A DNA stretch of 64,000 bases from positions 45,694,001-45,758,000 of the forward strand of contig CM052839.1 in assembly GCA_028534125.1 (NCBI GenBank). The letters are read 5' to 3'. Of this stretch, positions 1 through 12,719 are shown piece by piece. The translations under genes and the position numbers were made by a program. The notes under the pieces were generated by a model. It worked only from the letters and a program-made list of their open reading frames with translations. It searched no databases and had not been told where the DNA came from. This DNA comes from Lama glama. Lineage: Eukaryota. Each line of letters starts with the position of its first letter. Positions within the stretch are counted from its first letter, which is position 1.

Positions 1-1988
1 CCCAGAGGGACTGAAGTGGGCCCTGACTGCAGAGCCGAGTGGTGCTGGATACGGAGATTCTCGTAAACTACAGTAACTGCTGGTTAATCACATTAAAGGC
101 CCTGACCTGGTGTCACTGCCACACTCCTCAGTGGAAGAAGGAGCCATCTGGGGGTGGCTGGGGAGGCAGAAGCTGGGGGATGACTGGGAGGCTCGGATGG
201 AGGGAGGGAGTGGAGAGGGAGGGGCGCAGGCAGGGGCTCACCTAGCAGGGAGGCCAGGCCCCAAGCACTGAGCTGTACAGAGGGGTTCAGAAGGGACCAG
301 GAGAATCAGCTCAGACTTGGGACCTGAGAGACACGTCATGCAGGTCCAGCAGGTGCCACCTTGTGTCATCCTTCACCAGGGGAAGAGCCAGAGCAAAGTC
401 CTGGCTGTTGGCAGTGTGCCTGGACAAGCTGGCACTCAGGGCCCGAGTTCACACATCTCACAAAGGCTTGGAAAACCCAAGCACAAAAATAGTAGATCTT
501 TTGGCCCGACAGATCCTCAGAAGGCCCCGGCCCAATAAACCAAAATGCTGTCAACACAGGCTGACCCTGGGTTTGAAGATGTTCACTGGACGTTTCAGGA
601 ACTGGACTGGGAGAGGGAGTGGCTGTGCCTGGCTTGGGGCTCCCTCCAAATGTAGGGCTGAGCTTAGTGGGACGGGCCTTGGGCCTTACAGCCCAGAGCT
701 GTGCGGTCTCCCTGCCTGCTCCCATCAGGGGCAGGCCAGTTCTGGGAGAAGCCGGTTGGGGTCTCTACCCTGTGGATTTCAGGACCAGGGACTGTGGCTC
801 TTGGGTTTATGCCTGGGCCAGCTGCTGCAGGAAGTGGCATTTTGTCCTGTCACCCATCACAGGGCCGTCTCCAGAACCCCACAGGGGCCCTGGTAAGGAA
901 GGCCACGGGAGCCCTGTGGGAGCCATATCCTCCTGGCATAGCGCGTCGTCCCCGACATGGGGGCTGGGGGTTGCTTCCTGGTCCGCCCCAGCTGGTGGCA
1001 GGCTCCTGGGAGGGCTCACCCTGCCGACAGGCCCTGGGAGGCGTGGTCAGGGCAGGCCCTGCCCTTGCTGCCTAGCCTGACACTGCTCACCAGCTCAGAC
1101 CAGAGGGAGGAAATTCCGCAACCAGCATGAAGCTATTAAAGGGGGTTTCCTGAACAGACTGTCTGCAGCTGGAGTTTCCCACGGGCCCTTTCCTGTTTAG
1201 GGGCTGGGGAGGTGGCGTCTTACTGGGGGCTCTTGGGGTGGTGCTCAAAGAGGGGGCAACACCGTTCCTGCCACCGAGGTCCTAGAGACCCCACTGGTCA
1301 GCAGGACCACCTCTGGGGCATGCACGGCACCTGGCAGCCCTTCAGGCCCCCGTACCCCCGCACTCTACTGCTCCTCTGTGCAGCGAGGGTCCCAGTCTCC
1401 CAGCCCCTCACCTTGTCAATTCCAGCCTTGGACCCTTGCCCCTGCCCAGCAGTACTGAGTGCTGGGGCTTGGCTGGCCTCCCACGTCACCCTCTCTGCTG
1501 GCCCTGCGGCCCATGGCACCAACTTCCCCTCCACACTCCTGCTGGCTTGGAGTCCTTGCTGTGGGATCCTTTGGGACCCAGTCATTCTATTTGTGCCTGA
1601 GTCCTGCCTCTTGTGGGGCTCCCAAGCCTCCAGCAAGGATTCCCTTCTCTCGGGTTGGGGGATACTTCCTCCCAGAGACTCAGTGCCCAAGGACGCAGGA
1701 GCCCGCCCCGGGCACTGGACGCCCCAGGAGGCTGGGGGCCTGACTGTGCCCTGCACGTCCCCTGCAGGACCTGTGCACAGCCGAAAGGGCGGCACCGGCC
1801 TGGTCCGCCTGGTGTGACCAAGGAAGGACTTTAAAGCCATTCTCCTTCAGTCACAGGGGCAGAGACTGCTGCACCCGCCCTGGTCATCCTGCCGTGCCCT
1901 GTGCCCCAGGGCAGCAGAGACATAGGGCCCAGCTCCCCCTTCTCCCTCCAGGAGATGAGAGGCACACACCCTGGCTCCTTACGGGGAC

Positions 1989-1994
1989 TTTATT
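1989..1994 (-). terminator. ARHGDIA polyadenylation signal AATAAA
   Basis: tttatt on + strand ~1.1 kb downstream of the stop codon. Confidence 0.75.
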
Positions 1995-3127
1995 TCCCGG
2001 TCAGAAAAGGAGAAGCAGGGACAGGCTCCTGTGTGTTCCAGGCCCGGGCCTGACCGGGGAAGGGACAGGAGGGGAGGACCAGGGGGCGGCTCCAGCTGTG
2101 CAAGCTTGGTCCCACAGTTGTCCTGTCTGGGTCCGGGGAGGGCCTGCTGGGGACGGTGGCACCGAGCCTGGGGGCAGAGGCGGCAGGCCGGCGGGCCCAG
2201 AGAACGGCACATATGGAGGCAATAAATACTGACAGGCCAGGCACACGACTCCAGGCCGGGAGGCCCAGGTGGGACGAGTAAGGCTCGGCCGCTGGCTGTA
2301 TCCGCCGAGGGCTCTCTGGTGGGTCTGGGGGCTCTAGGCACTGCCCACTGGGACAGAGAAGGCAGAGGCGTGAGGTCACCCAGCATCCCAGGTGGGACTG
2401 GAGGCCACTTAAATTTTGGCAATTTGGCTTTCCCAAGCCCCTGGAGCCGTCCCCGAAGCCCTGGCCGAGGAAAGGGGGTTGGCCAAGCCCTGGCAGGTGG
2501 GGAGCAGCAGGGGCACATCCCACACCTTCCTGGGCCTCAGGGACTGCAGACAGGGTGGGGACTGGGGGAGACCACATGCTCATGCAGACACAGGGTTAGA
2601 GGTCAGTGACGCCCCCACGGCACACGTTCCACATGTTAAGGCATCATGGTTAGACGGTTACTGACAGTGATGGGTGGACTGACCAGGAGAAGTGAAAGCT
2701 GAGAACAACCCCTGCACAAGGCCCTCCATGGTACACCCTACCCCCAAGGTGGGGAGACAGATCGGGAGTCGGGGCAACCATAAAGGCCCAAGGGACCCGA
2801 ACACCCTGAGACCTCGAAAAAGCCAGGGCCTCGGGGCATGTCAGGACAGTGGGGGAACCTTAAGTAACACAGAAGGGGAGGTGGAGGCCTGGGTTGGAGC
2901 CCCCCCCCACAGCACAGGCGGAAGCAGCAACGACACGAGACCACCGAGGAGGCTGGGGCCTGTGGGCTGGGAGGAAGGAGGAGGGACGGGCCGGCAGGAG
3001 GCTGCCCCGGGGAATGGTGGCGGTGTGGGCCGGGCCCTGTCAGCACTTTGGTCTGGGGTCGGGAGGGGTGGGGGTAGGGTGGGACACGTCCGTCTGTCCG
3101 TCCGTCCGCCCGCCTCCTGGCTGGGGA

Positions 3128-4282
3128 TCAGTCCTTCCACTCCTTCTTGATGGTGAGGTTCCACTCCCAGGACAGGTGGTCTGTCCTGTCGTCGTCTGTG
3201 AAGCGGGACTTGATGTTGTAGCTGCCGCGAGCCAGCATGCCTTTGGGAGCCTCCTCCATAGGCGTCAGGAACTCATACTCCTCCGCCCGGGGCCCGTAGC
3301 TCCCTACCATGTAGTCAGTCTTGTCAACTGCGGTGCCAGGAAGGTGACAGTCAGGAAGCAGGATTGGGCCTTCCCCACAACCGATCCCCAAGTCCCTGGG
3401 TGGCCACTCCCCTCCTGGGGCTGGCCCCGCCCTCACTCACTTTTGACGCCTTTCCTGTACGTGTGCTGGATGTACTTCATGCCGGACACGATCTCCCGGT
3501 TCACCTGCAAGGAGACACCCCGAGCGGGGCTCAGCCAGGCTCTCCAGCCCCGGTGCCCCACCCCTCCCAAGGCAGCCCAGACCCCCGGCACCTCTCCTTA
3601 CCCGGAAAGAGATTTTTATCCGGTACTCCACACCCTCCTTCAGCACAAAGGATTGCTTCTTGAAACTCTCCAGATCACCTGCGTTTGAGAAGAACGCCAC
3701 GCTAAGAGGATGGGCCAGGGAAAGCCACCCAGCCCCAGCCCCAGCCCCAGCCCCAGGTCACTCCAAAGCCAGTGCCTTGCAAGACCACATGGCTGCACTT
3801 CCTGTGCTCCACACAAGAGGGCGCCCGTGCTCCTAAAAACTATTTTTAGGGGATGCAGCAGGGTGCGCAGCAGCAGTCAGGGACCTCAAGAGTGCCCCTC
3901 ACCTGTCAGGTCCAGCTCCAGGGGGCCCGGGGCACTGCTACACACCAGAGTCAGGCGGGTCACCACGACGTTGGGGACGTTGGGGTCTGCGGAGTGACAG
4001 CAGGTTAGGGCTCCACCAAGCAGGGGAACAGTGGTGGACACCTGGGAAAGCGACAGGTGCCCGTGCAGTGCACCCCGGCTGGGCCCACTCACCGGCGGAC
4101 ACGGCCACGCGGCCCAGTAGGGCCTCCTTGTACTTGCGCAGACTCTCGTCATCCTTGTCCAGCTCCTGGATCTCCTGGATGCTCTTCTGGGCCGGGGGCT
4201 TGTAGTTGACCGAATGCTCATCCTCCTCATTCTCAGCTGCAATCTGTGCCAGCTGCTCGGCTGTGGGCTCCTGCTCAGCCAT
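3128..4282 (-). CDS. ARHGDIA: Rho GDP-dissociation inhibitor 1 (RhoGDI alpha), 204 aa, 5 coding exons
   Basis: Coding exons 4282-4093, 3986-3903, 3678-3602, 3504-3441, 3327-3128, all GT-AG; total 615 nt. Protein [34 protein letters not shown]...[16 protein letters not shown]. Exon 2 acceptor at 4309; non-coding exon 1 donor at 5907/5906. Confidence 0.98.
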
Positions 4283-5299
4283 ACTCACCTCTAGCTGCGC
4301 CTGGGACACCTGTGGGTTGGGTGGCAAGGGCTGTGACAGCCAAGAGAGACCCACAGCGTCTCCCCTTCCCACCCTCTGCAGGTCCTGCCGCCGCCCAAGG
4401 GGGCCGTGTTGGATCTGTGCAGGTGACCAAGCCCCGACGTGGGCCCCAGGGGAGGTGCATCTTCTGCAACAGGAAGGCAAGGACAGCCAGAACTTCGCAA
4501 GGGGTCCCCACACAGGCTCCTGCGACTCAAGAGGTCACGCTTGCCTCCTTGCCCTGTTCACCTCAGGGGAGTCCACTTCAGGTCCAACACCCAGGACTAA
4601 ATGGGACCTGCAACCTGCTCCTTGGGAAAAGCAGTGACAGCTCCTCTGTTGCCCAGGAAGCTGCAGCACCCCAGCCCCACCAGGCAGGGTCAGGACCAAG
4701 CCCTGCTGCTTGTTCTGAGCTGCCCAGGCCCTCACTCCGAAGGACTCCTCCTGCTAGGCTTCCCTGACCAGCCATGCTCCTTACGACCTGTCCTAGCTGC
4801 AACGCAAACCCTCGGTGCAGAACACAGACTGGTTCTGTCTCAGCCTGCAAACACAGGGCTCTCCTGGTGGTCAGATAACAGGGCCAGCCTAAATCCCACA
4901 GCTAAGTCCTGAAATAGCAGAAGGACCCTAAGTGTCTGCCAAGCTTATCTCCAATTGTGATGATCTGCCGCCTAGAATTTGAAAATTGCTGCAACCATGT
5001 GGTAGCCTCAAGACCCTCCTTCTGGGCCCTGGCCCGAAAGAGCCTGGAGCAGTGCTGTCAAAAGGAGGAGCAGTGCATGGAGCAGCCACTGGGCTTCCTT
5101 CACTAAGGTTGACCCTCGCACCGCCACCCCCCCAAAATCCCTGAAAAGTACCTAAAACCTGCTAAGACCCTACCCAACAGTGCGGGAGGCGGGTAAGGGC
5201 CACTGGTTGCCTAGAAAGATACTCAATACCTTTGCCCCACAGGTCCACAACCGGGACATGCGGAAGGTCCAGATTTTACAAAAGGCCACTGGGGACCCG

Positions 5300-6750
5300 G
5301 AGCCGCCCGGCCGCCGCAGCGGGGTGGGGCCGGCCCGCTTTCTCAAGCCTCCCGCAGCTTCCTCTCGAATTCCTCTATAAGGATCACGCCCCAACGCCAC
5401 CCAAGCGCGGCCGCAGGCGACAGGATCCTCCAAGTGCGATCGCCGCGGCCCGCACTTCCGCACGGCCCGCAATCTGGGCGCGGCGCGCAGGGTGGGGCGC
5501 AGGGACCACAAGGCCCAGGAGACGGAGCGTCCGGCCTGGCCCCGGCCACCGCGAAACGGCAAGGAGGGGGCTGCTGGGCACAAGCGGCAACCACAAAGAG
5601 GCCTGCACGGCCCCCCGCCCCCGCCCCCGCCCAGTGCCCCCGGCCCCCCGCGCCGCACCCCAGGCCCCGCGCCCCCGCCTCCTGGGCCCGCGCCCCCGTC
5701 TCCCGCACCACGGCCCCGCACGTGGGCCCGCCCTAAGCCGGGGCCACCGCCCGCTGTCACTGCCGCCCCCGCCCCGCGCAGATCCCACCGGCTGGGCCGA
5801 AGGGCGGGGCGAGCGGGGAGAACAAAGGCGCGGCCACCGCCCCCTCCCCCGCGGCCACCCGCCGGCCCCGCCCGCCGGCCCCGCCGGCCCCGCCGCCCGC
5901 GCTCACCGGAGTCTCGACCGCTCCGCTCTCGTGCTCCCTCCCGCACGGAATGACGAACGTAGCCGCCCCGCCCGCGCGCTCCCGGCCCGCCACTTCCGGG
6001 GTCAAGCGACTTCCGCTCGCGCTGGACGGGCCGCGAGGGCGCATGCGCGCGGAGGGGCTGCCGGGAGCGCGCTGCCGCCATCTTGCGGGGCTGGCCTCGT
6101 GGGTGCGTCCGCGTGGGTGGCACGGCGCGGCAGACGGGGCGCGTGCGGACACCCGTCCGGCTGCGGCTTCTGCGCCTTTTGCCGCCGGCATTTTTCAGTC
6201 CCAGGCGACCCAACGGGTCAGCCCGCGAACTCAGGGGGCGGGCAGTGTCATGGTTTCGCTGCGACCCACGCGGAACGCGGGCGCGGCGTGGCATTTCCGC
6301 GAGGTGCTGGGACGCGCGTCTGTCGGGCGCGGGCGCGTCCCCGGAAGCAGGCCGCCGTCGCTCCGCGGGGACGAGCGGGCCCGGCCGCCTGGCCTCCCGG
6401 AAGTGACTGCCGAACGTTCCGTCGTCCGCGGGTGACGGCCCACGGCGCCCTTCCGGGAGCGGAGTCCGTGCGCCGCGGGCCTTCCCCTTCCACACGGTCA
6501 GCGTTCGGCCGCCCTGCCCGGAGCGCCAGCCGCTTCAGGGAGTCTCGGCACTGGGAGCTCCTGGCTGAGATGCCGCCGTCCACGCAGGTTCTCCACCCGC
6601 GTGCTCCGACTGTTGGCGGATATCGGACGTCTCGCACACGCTCACCCGGGAGCGCTCTGTAGCGCCATAAGGGGCTCGTGACTCGTGGCCCCCGTGGCCG
6701 GCCCAGCCGAAGCCCGCGCTGCCGACACTTGGCCGCCACCCCTCTTTCTC
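5300..6750 (-). promoter_or_regulatory. ARHGDIA CpG-island promoter and non-coding exon 1
   Basis: Dense CpG; ETS/GABPA ACTTCCGG 5992-5999, NRF1 GCGCATGCGC 6039-6048, YY1 GCCGCCATCTTG 6074-6085; donor CCG|GTGAGC at 5907. Confidence 0.85.
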
Positions 6751-7269
6751 CTTGTGGGGTCCTGGCCCCCAAGTGCTGCACACCAGATGCTGGGCGTGGT
6801 GCGCCTCCTGACCTCCACCCGCAGCCCTTGTGAGAACTCGGAAACGGGCCCCTGCCCCCTTCGGTGGCTCTTCAGCCCCAGGAAGGCAGGACCCGTCTGT
6901 GTGGCCTGCCTTCAGCGAGTCCGGGTCGAGGCCGCAGTCGTCAGCAGCACACGCGCCTGCAGGTTTTAGGCAGTAGAAAGTAATGTGAAGTCCTGAAGCT
7001 TGGTATCTTTGGGAGATGTCTCGGTTTCTGAGGAATAAATGCGATTTTCCTGTGACTAAGAGTCACACTGTCAGCGCTGTGTGAAGGACGTTCAGTCGGC
7101 CCAAGGCAGAGCGTTCTCATCTGGTGCTGGGTGTGTGCTTCTGAGGCACCCTGTCCCTGAAAACCAGACCACCAGGGCCGCGCGACCTGCTGCACTGCTG
7201 AGTCACTGGCGGAGGAAAAGTCTGCTTTCTGATAACCGTAGGGCTCTTTTAAAATTTCCAAACACCGTT

Positions 7270-7770
7270 ATATTAGTAATCTACTGCTGTGTGAAAACTT
7301 ACCAGGAATTTAGCTTAAAACGATCAACATTTGTGTGGGAGTCAGGAAGCAGCTCCGCAGGGTGGTTCTGGTTCCGGGCCTCTCCTGAGGTTGTGGTCAA
7401 GCTGTGAGCTAGGGCCTGGATCTCTGAAGATCTCCTGGAATTCCAAGCTCGTGCTCGCGCTGGGGGCAGGAGACTCTTTTCCTCGAGGGCTGTTGGCTGG
7501 AGGCCTTGATTCCCTGCCACCTGCAGCTCCTGGCCTCTCCATAGGGCTGCGCCCAGTAGGGCAGCTTGCTTTCCCTGAAGTGAGGCCTCAAAAGCAGAAA
7601 ACGAGCAAGGGAATCAACAAGTACTCGGGATGCAGCCACGGTGGCTCTCACAGCCTAGTGTCAGAAGTGCCATCCCTTCTGCTGGTCACAGATCCTCCCC
7701 AGTACAGTGGGCGGGGCCCACCACCTGGCACCGGGATTATGAACCCCAGGGGCCCTATCTCCTGGCTTCA
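7270..7770 (-). mobile_element. Degenerate MaLR (MLT1-like) solo LTR
   Basis: TATTAGTAATCTACTGCTGTG...GGGTGGTTCTGG...CTCCTGAGGTTGTGGTCAAG resembles reverse-strand MLT1 consensus (recalled, not searched); boundaries approximate. Confidence 0.6.
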
Positions 7771-8949
7771 ACAGGTAGCAGTTCGTGGTCGCTCTTGTTT
7801 CATCAATGCCTTCATCTCCCAACGCACAGCAACGTTGAAACAAACCTCAGATGTCATGTCCACTGTAAATATTTCAACATGCATTTATTTTGGAAGAAAG
7901 GAATCCTTTCAGGGTAAACAACAGCCAGGGTACTGTTATCCCCGCCGCCCCTTGTGGCTTAGCAGACCTCTCCAGACACACTGGCCTGGAGCCCGGATTT
8001 ATGCTTCTCCTCCCCGTGGGCTGAGCACAGGGTTTCCATGCAGCTGTAGTCCGCTGGGTCCGCGCCGCAGCCTCCTGAAGACTGGACGGCAAGACGGTTG
8101 TCAGCCGAGGCTCTCCCACACGCCCCCCGGTTGTTTTGGCAGCTAGTCTCCAACAGCAAGTGTTTCAAGAGGCCCATCTTCTGTGACTTCGAGGGAGCCC
8201 ACTTGGAAGGACCAGAACTATGCTGCGGCTCTGCTGGGCAAGCCCGTGACTCAGGCCAGGCCAGGTTCCAGGGCAGAGCCTCTGGGCCCAGCAGGAAGGG
8301 CCAGTAGGAATCACGGAATTGGCGATGCACGAAACAACAGCCAGTGTTCAGTTCAGGAGTCTCCTGGTGTGTCACCGCTACAAGTAGGGAAAGGGGGGTC
8401 ACTGACCACTCCAAGGCGGAGTCCCAGAGGTGGCGTCCCAGCACAGCTCCACCCTGTGACAGGGGAGTTGCTGGCTGCCCCAACAGGGCGTCGGGCAGCA
8501 TCCAGACCCCGGAACAGCTTTCAGCAGCGTGGAGTCAGGCCCTCCGGCAAACAGCCTTCAACTCACTCAGCTCAGTGATATCTTTCTAAGGAATAACGGT
8601 TCCCCTGGGGAGGGGGCTTCACTCTCCCCATTTTTCCTTCTGTGCCAGTGACACACACGGCCTGTCAAACTTCTCATCTAAAGCAACACTCTCAGTTTAT
8701 CACTTGGGACACTCCCAGTCCTACAGTGTACATTACATTTCAGAACAACCAGCATGGAAGCTCATGTTGGCCACTGTGACTCCACTTTGAACTACTTAAC
8801 CTGTCTGAACAGAGCCTACTTAAGTCCTGTAAGTTTCAAACAAGATGAGCAGAGATCCCAACACAAAAGAAGTGACATCATAACAGACACTCCACCTGCC
8901 AATGGGAAGAGAAGCAAAGGGTGTGTGGCTCTTCAGCCGTGTCCCGGCG

Positions 8950-9220
8950 ACCCACAGCCCTCTGCGGGAAAATACCCTTGCCACCCACAGGGCCCCCTAA
9001 CCTCATCCCACTGTGGCTGCAGCTCAGGGCCCAGCTGAGGGTGAGGCTGGGGTGTGGCTTCTCAATCCGAAGACGGGCTGAAGACCTAGGAGCCCCGCCC
9101 TGTGGTGCCAGATGAACCATCCCGTCTCACTCCCTTACCTTCAGAATCTGTAAGCACAATAAAGTATGTTTTACACCGGGTTTTGGAGTAATTTCTTACA
9201 GAGCAGTAGGTACCTGGAAT
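8950..9220 (+). mobile_element. MLT1-like LTR 3' fragment
   Basis: CAGAATCTGTAAGCACAATAAAGTATGTTTT...TTTTGGAGTAATTTCTTACAGAGCAGTAGG matches the typical MLT1 3' end. Confidence 0.5.
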
Positions 9221-9964
9221 ACCGGCCAATAAAATTTACAAATAACATTAAAGATCTAACCAGTATTTTCCTTGCTTGTACTGAGTTCTTTAACTTTCTA
9301 TTTGAATCAGAATCTAGTTAAGCTTTTTATGTTGCATCGATTGTGTGTCTTCATCAGCAAGATCATCCTCTCTGCTCCCTGCAGTGTCCCGTGGGAGGAC
9401 CAGGGCCACTCCCTGCAGTGCCCTGTGGGAGGACCACGGCCACCACGGCCACTGGTCCTATAGAGTCTACCACAGCCGAGACCAGCTGTTGACACCACAC
9501 CCCAGTGCTGACACCAAGTCCCTGCCCTCCATCCTTTCTGTGGGTGCAGGTAGGACCTGTAGGAACTAGACCCCTTGGGATGTGACATGACTCTGCACCA
9601 CCATGAGGGAGGAAGGATGCTATTTTGAACCTTTTTAGCTAATTAGCAGAGACCGTGAGAGATGGGAGAGCGCAGGATGGGGCGGGGCGGGGGGGGGTAG
9701 TGCCAAGAAGGTACAACTTGAACCTTAATGGTGTTCTGAAGAAAGATCGGTGGCTGTGCACAAAGGCTTCCTTACAAGGATGTTCACTACAGCACTTTTA
9801 GGATATCAAACATCTCCATAGCGGATCTCAAAAGTGTATTACTGCACAGCCCAGGAGCATTTGCACTGTAATTAATATTAACATGTTCATTTAAAAAATC
9901 CGTGATGAATTAAATCTTTTCACATGATTTAAATAAAAATACTTAATGACATAGAGCAGCAAGG

Positions 9965-12110
9965 TAATTTTTGTTTTTTTTACAGCTTGATTGAGGTATA
10001 ATTTACAAAATCCACCCATTGAGTTCACAATACAGGGGGAGGCTGTAGCTCAATGGTAGAGCATGTGCTTAGCATGCACGAGGTCCTGGGTTCAATCCCT
10101 GACACCTCCGTTAGAATAGTAAGTAAGTAAATAAACCTAATTACTCCCACAACAAAACAAAATTTACAGTTCAACTATTTTCCAGTAGATTCGTAGAGGT
10201 GCATAATCATCATTCTGACCAAGCTTCCCTTGCACAACTGAGTCAGTGTCCACTGCTGCAGCCACCCCTTCCCCCTCAGACCCTGGCAGCCACTGCCCTG
10301 CTTTCCTGCAGCTGTAAGCTGGCCTTTCCTGGGCATTTCGTTTGTGTGGAATCACACAACATGCAATCTGGGGGCCTGTGATATCTGACGTCTTGCCGTC
10401 CATCTGCGGTCAGTGCTTTTGTTCCATTTGCTGTGCAAGTGTTGCACATTTTGTTGGTATTCATTTATCAGCTGGACCTTTGGATTCCTTTTTGTCCATT
10501 GTGAACAGCGGCATCTGTCTTCGCGTGAACATATGTTCATTTGTCTTGAGTAGATTCCTCACAGTGGAAATCCCCATGTTTTCCAAGGTGGACGTCATTT
10601 TACAACCCTGGCAACAAGGTGAGAGGGTTCCAACGGGGCACACCTTTGCCAACACTTGGCATCGTCTGTCTTTTTGATTAAACCTGTCCTAGTGGGTGCG
10701 ACATGGTGTCTCCTGGGTTAATTTGCATTTTCTTGAAGAGTCTTCTTTGGTAAGGTATCTATTCAAGTCTTTTGTCCATTTTAAAATTTGGTTAGTCGTC
10801 CATTGTAAGACGACTAATGGGTCCTGGATAGCAGTCCTTTGTCAGATGTATGGTTTATAAACATCTTCTGTGGCTTGACTTGACTCTTCCTAAAGATGTC
10901 TGTTAGAGCAAAACCTTTTATTTTAGTGAAGTTTATAAAAAATTTCTTCATGGCTCATGCTTTTGATGTTGGGTCTAAGAACTATTTACCTAAGGCAAAG
11001 CTGCAAAGATTTTCTCCTATTATTTTTACAATTTCAGCTTCCATTTAGGTGTACGCTCCATTTTGAGTTAATCCCTGTGTAAGGCATGAGTTGAGTCAAA
11101 GTTCTTCCGCGCGTGTGTAGGGATATCTGATTGTCCCAGCACAGGTGGAAAAGCCTAGTAATTTCCCCCACTGAACTGTCTTGGCACCTCTGTTGAAATT
11201 TTATTCGCCATAAACTTCAGGGTTCATTTATAGACTCAACTTTGTTCCTTAATCTATATGTTTATCCTTAACACCACAGTCTCTTGGTTACTGTAGCTTT
11301 GTTGTAAGTTTTGAAACCTGTAGTGTGGGTTCTCCAGCTTTAACATTCTTTTCAAAATTGTTTTGGCTATTCTAGGTCCTTTGAATTTCCATAGAAATGT
11401 TAAAATCTATTCTCAATTTCTGCAAAAGCATCTATTGATAGGGATTACATTGAATCTGTAGAACAATCTGGGGAGACTTAACATTTTATTGATACTGAGT
11501 CTTCCAACCCCAAAGCGTGAGATTTCTATACATCTATTTAATCTTAAATGTCTCCCAGCAATATTTCATAGTTTTCACTCTATGGTCAGGTCTGGCACTT
11601 CTATTGTTAAATTTGTTCCTAAGAATTTTATTCTTTTTAGTATTGACATGAATAGAATTTCCTTAATTTCATTTTTGAAGTTCATTCTGAATTTCATTTT
11701 GAATTGAATTTTTCATTTTGCTTGATTATTTGTATGTTGACCTTATATTCTGCAACCTTGCTAAACTCGTTTACTAGTTCTTAAAGTTTGTGTGATTCCT
11801 TAAGATTTTTTACCTGTAGGATCATGTCATCTATATGAAAATCCCTGGTTTTGCCTTTTCCAAGAAAGGTTTGTGTTAATGTTTTAGAATATATGTGTGT
11901 GTATCTCTTTAGAATATATATATATTTGCCAATTTAACGTCTAAAATGATGGCATCATATAATTGTAACTCCTTTTCTTGCAACACTAGAAGAGCGAGCA
12001 TATTTGTCTTACTTCTTTTGTGAACTGCTTGTTCATGCCCTTGTGTTTCCTACTGTTCGGTTTATCTTGATTTTCTGGTGTTCTTTGGTTTATATAAGCT
12101 CTTTAACAGT
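9965..12110 (-). mobile_element. Old L1 (L1M-type) 3' portion, interrupted by a SINE
   Basis: AT-rich; T-run followed by TTGATTGAGGTATAATTTAC (L1 3' end, minus strand); antisense ORF2-like motifs TTTTGGCTATTCTAGGTCCTTTG and GATAGGGATTACATTGAATCTGTAGAACAA. Confidence 0.8.
10035..10162 (+). mobile_element. tRNA-Ala-derived SINE (camelid Vic-1-like)
   Basis: GGGGGAGGCTGTAGCTCAATGGTAGAGCATGTGCTTAGCATGCACGAGGTCCTGGGTTCAATCCC has A/B boxes and an AGC anticodon loop, followed by a TAAATAAACCTAATTACTCCC body and an A-rich tail. Confidence 0.85.
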
Positions 12111-12199
12111 CCATGTTCAATTTCCCCATCTCAGAACTGTTGTTCCAGTTGGTTTATCCACAGCAGGATCCAGACAGAGTCCACGCCATGCACTTGGAC

Positions 12200-12545
12200 A
12201 ATGCGCCACTGACAGGTTTTTTCCCTCACACCAATTGCCTGAAACCACACGTGCCACATTTCAATTAAACGCTGAGTATCTGGAGTGAGCCCAGACCCTG
12301 CAAGTTGAGGCCTCGGTCCAAGACTGCTCGCATTTCAAACACCAGTCATAAGCTACCCAGATTTTTGCCAGCAAACTACAAATTCAAGGGTTCCCACAAC
12401 TGCCCCCTCAGGTTCAGCAATTCACTAAAACTCAGAGAACTCAGAAAAACACTTCATCTACAGGTACCCATTTATTATAGAGGACACAACTCTGACACAG
12501 CCACACGTGAGACACATGGGACAGGGTGTGGGGTGGGAGGTGTGC
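12200..12545 (+). mobile_element. MER21-like LTR fragment
   Basis: AAGACTGC...GGTTCCCACAACTGCCCCCTCAGGTTCAGCAATTCACTA...CAGAGAACTCAGAAAAACACTT...TTTATTATAGAGGA resembles MER21 consensus (recalled). Confidence 0.6.
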
Positions 12546-12637
12546 GTGGGGCTACCCCGGCCGCAGGCACACAGCAGGAAGTGAAGTTCACCAAAAGTGG
12601 TTTCCAGCGGATGCCAGAAACCACCTTAAAAAAGTGT
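12546..12637 (+). repeat. Dispersed ~92-bp duplicate of ALYREF intron 2 segment (copy A)
   Basis: Direct repeat of 19082-19174; 5 transitions and one A-run indel. Confidence 0.95.
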
Positions 12638-12719
12638 GGGAGAGACTCACTCGCCTAAGCAACCTTGGGAACCAGTACCTTCACTGGGTACCCTGACTCC
12701 ACACATTCAAGAACCCAGT

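Noticed and set aside
5170-6662. 441-aa and 476-aa overlapping ORFs
   Set aside because: Arg/Pro/Gly/Ala low-complexity translations of a stop-poor CpG island; no recognisable domain.
10035-10110. Functional tRNA-Ala(AGC) gene
   Set aside because: Imperfect acceptor stem, SINE body and A-rich tail, and inserted inside an L1.
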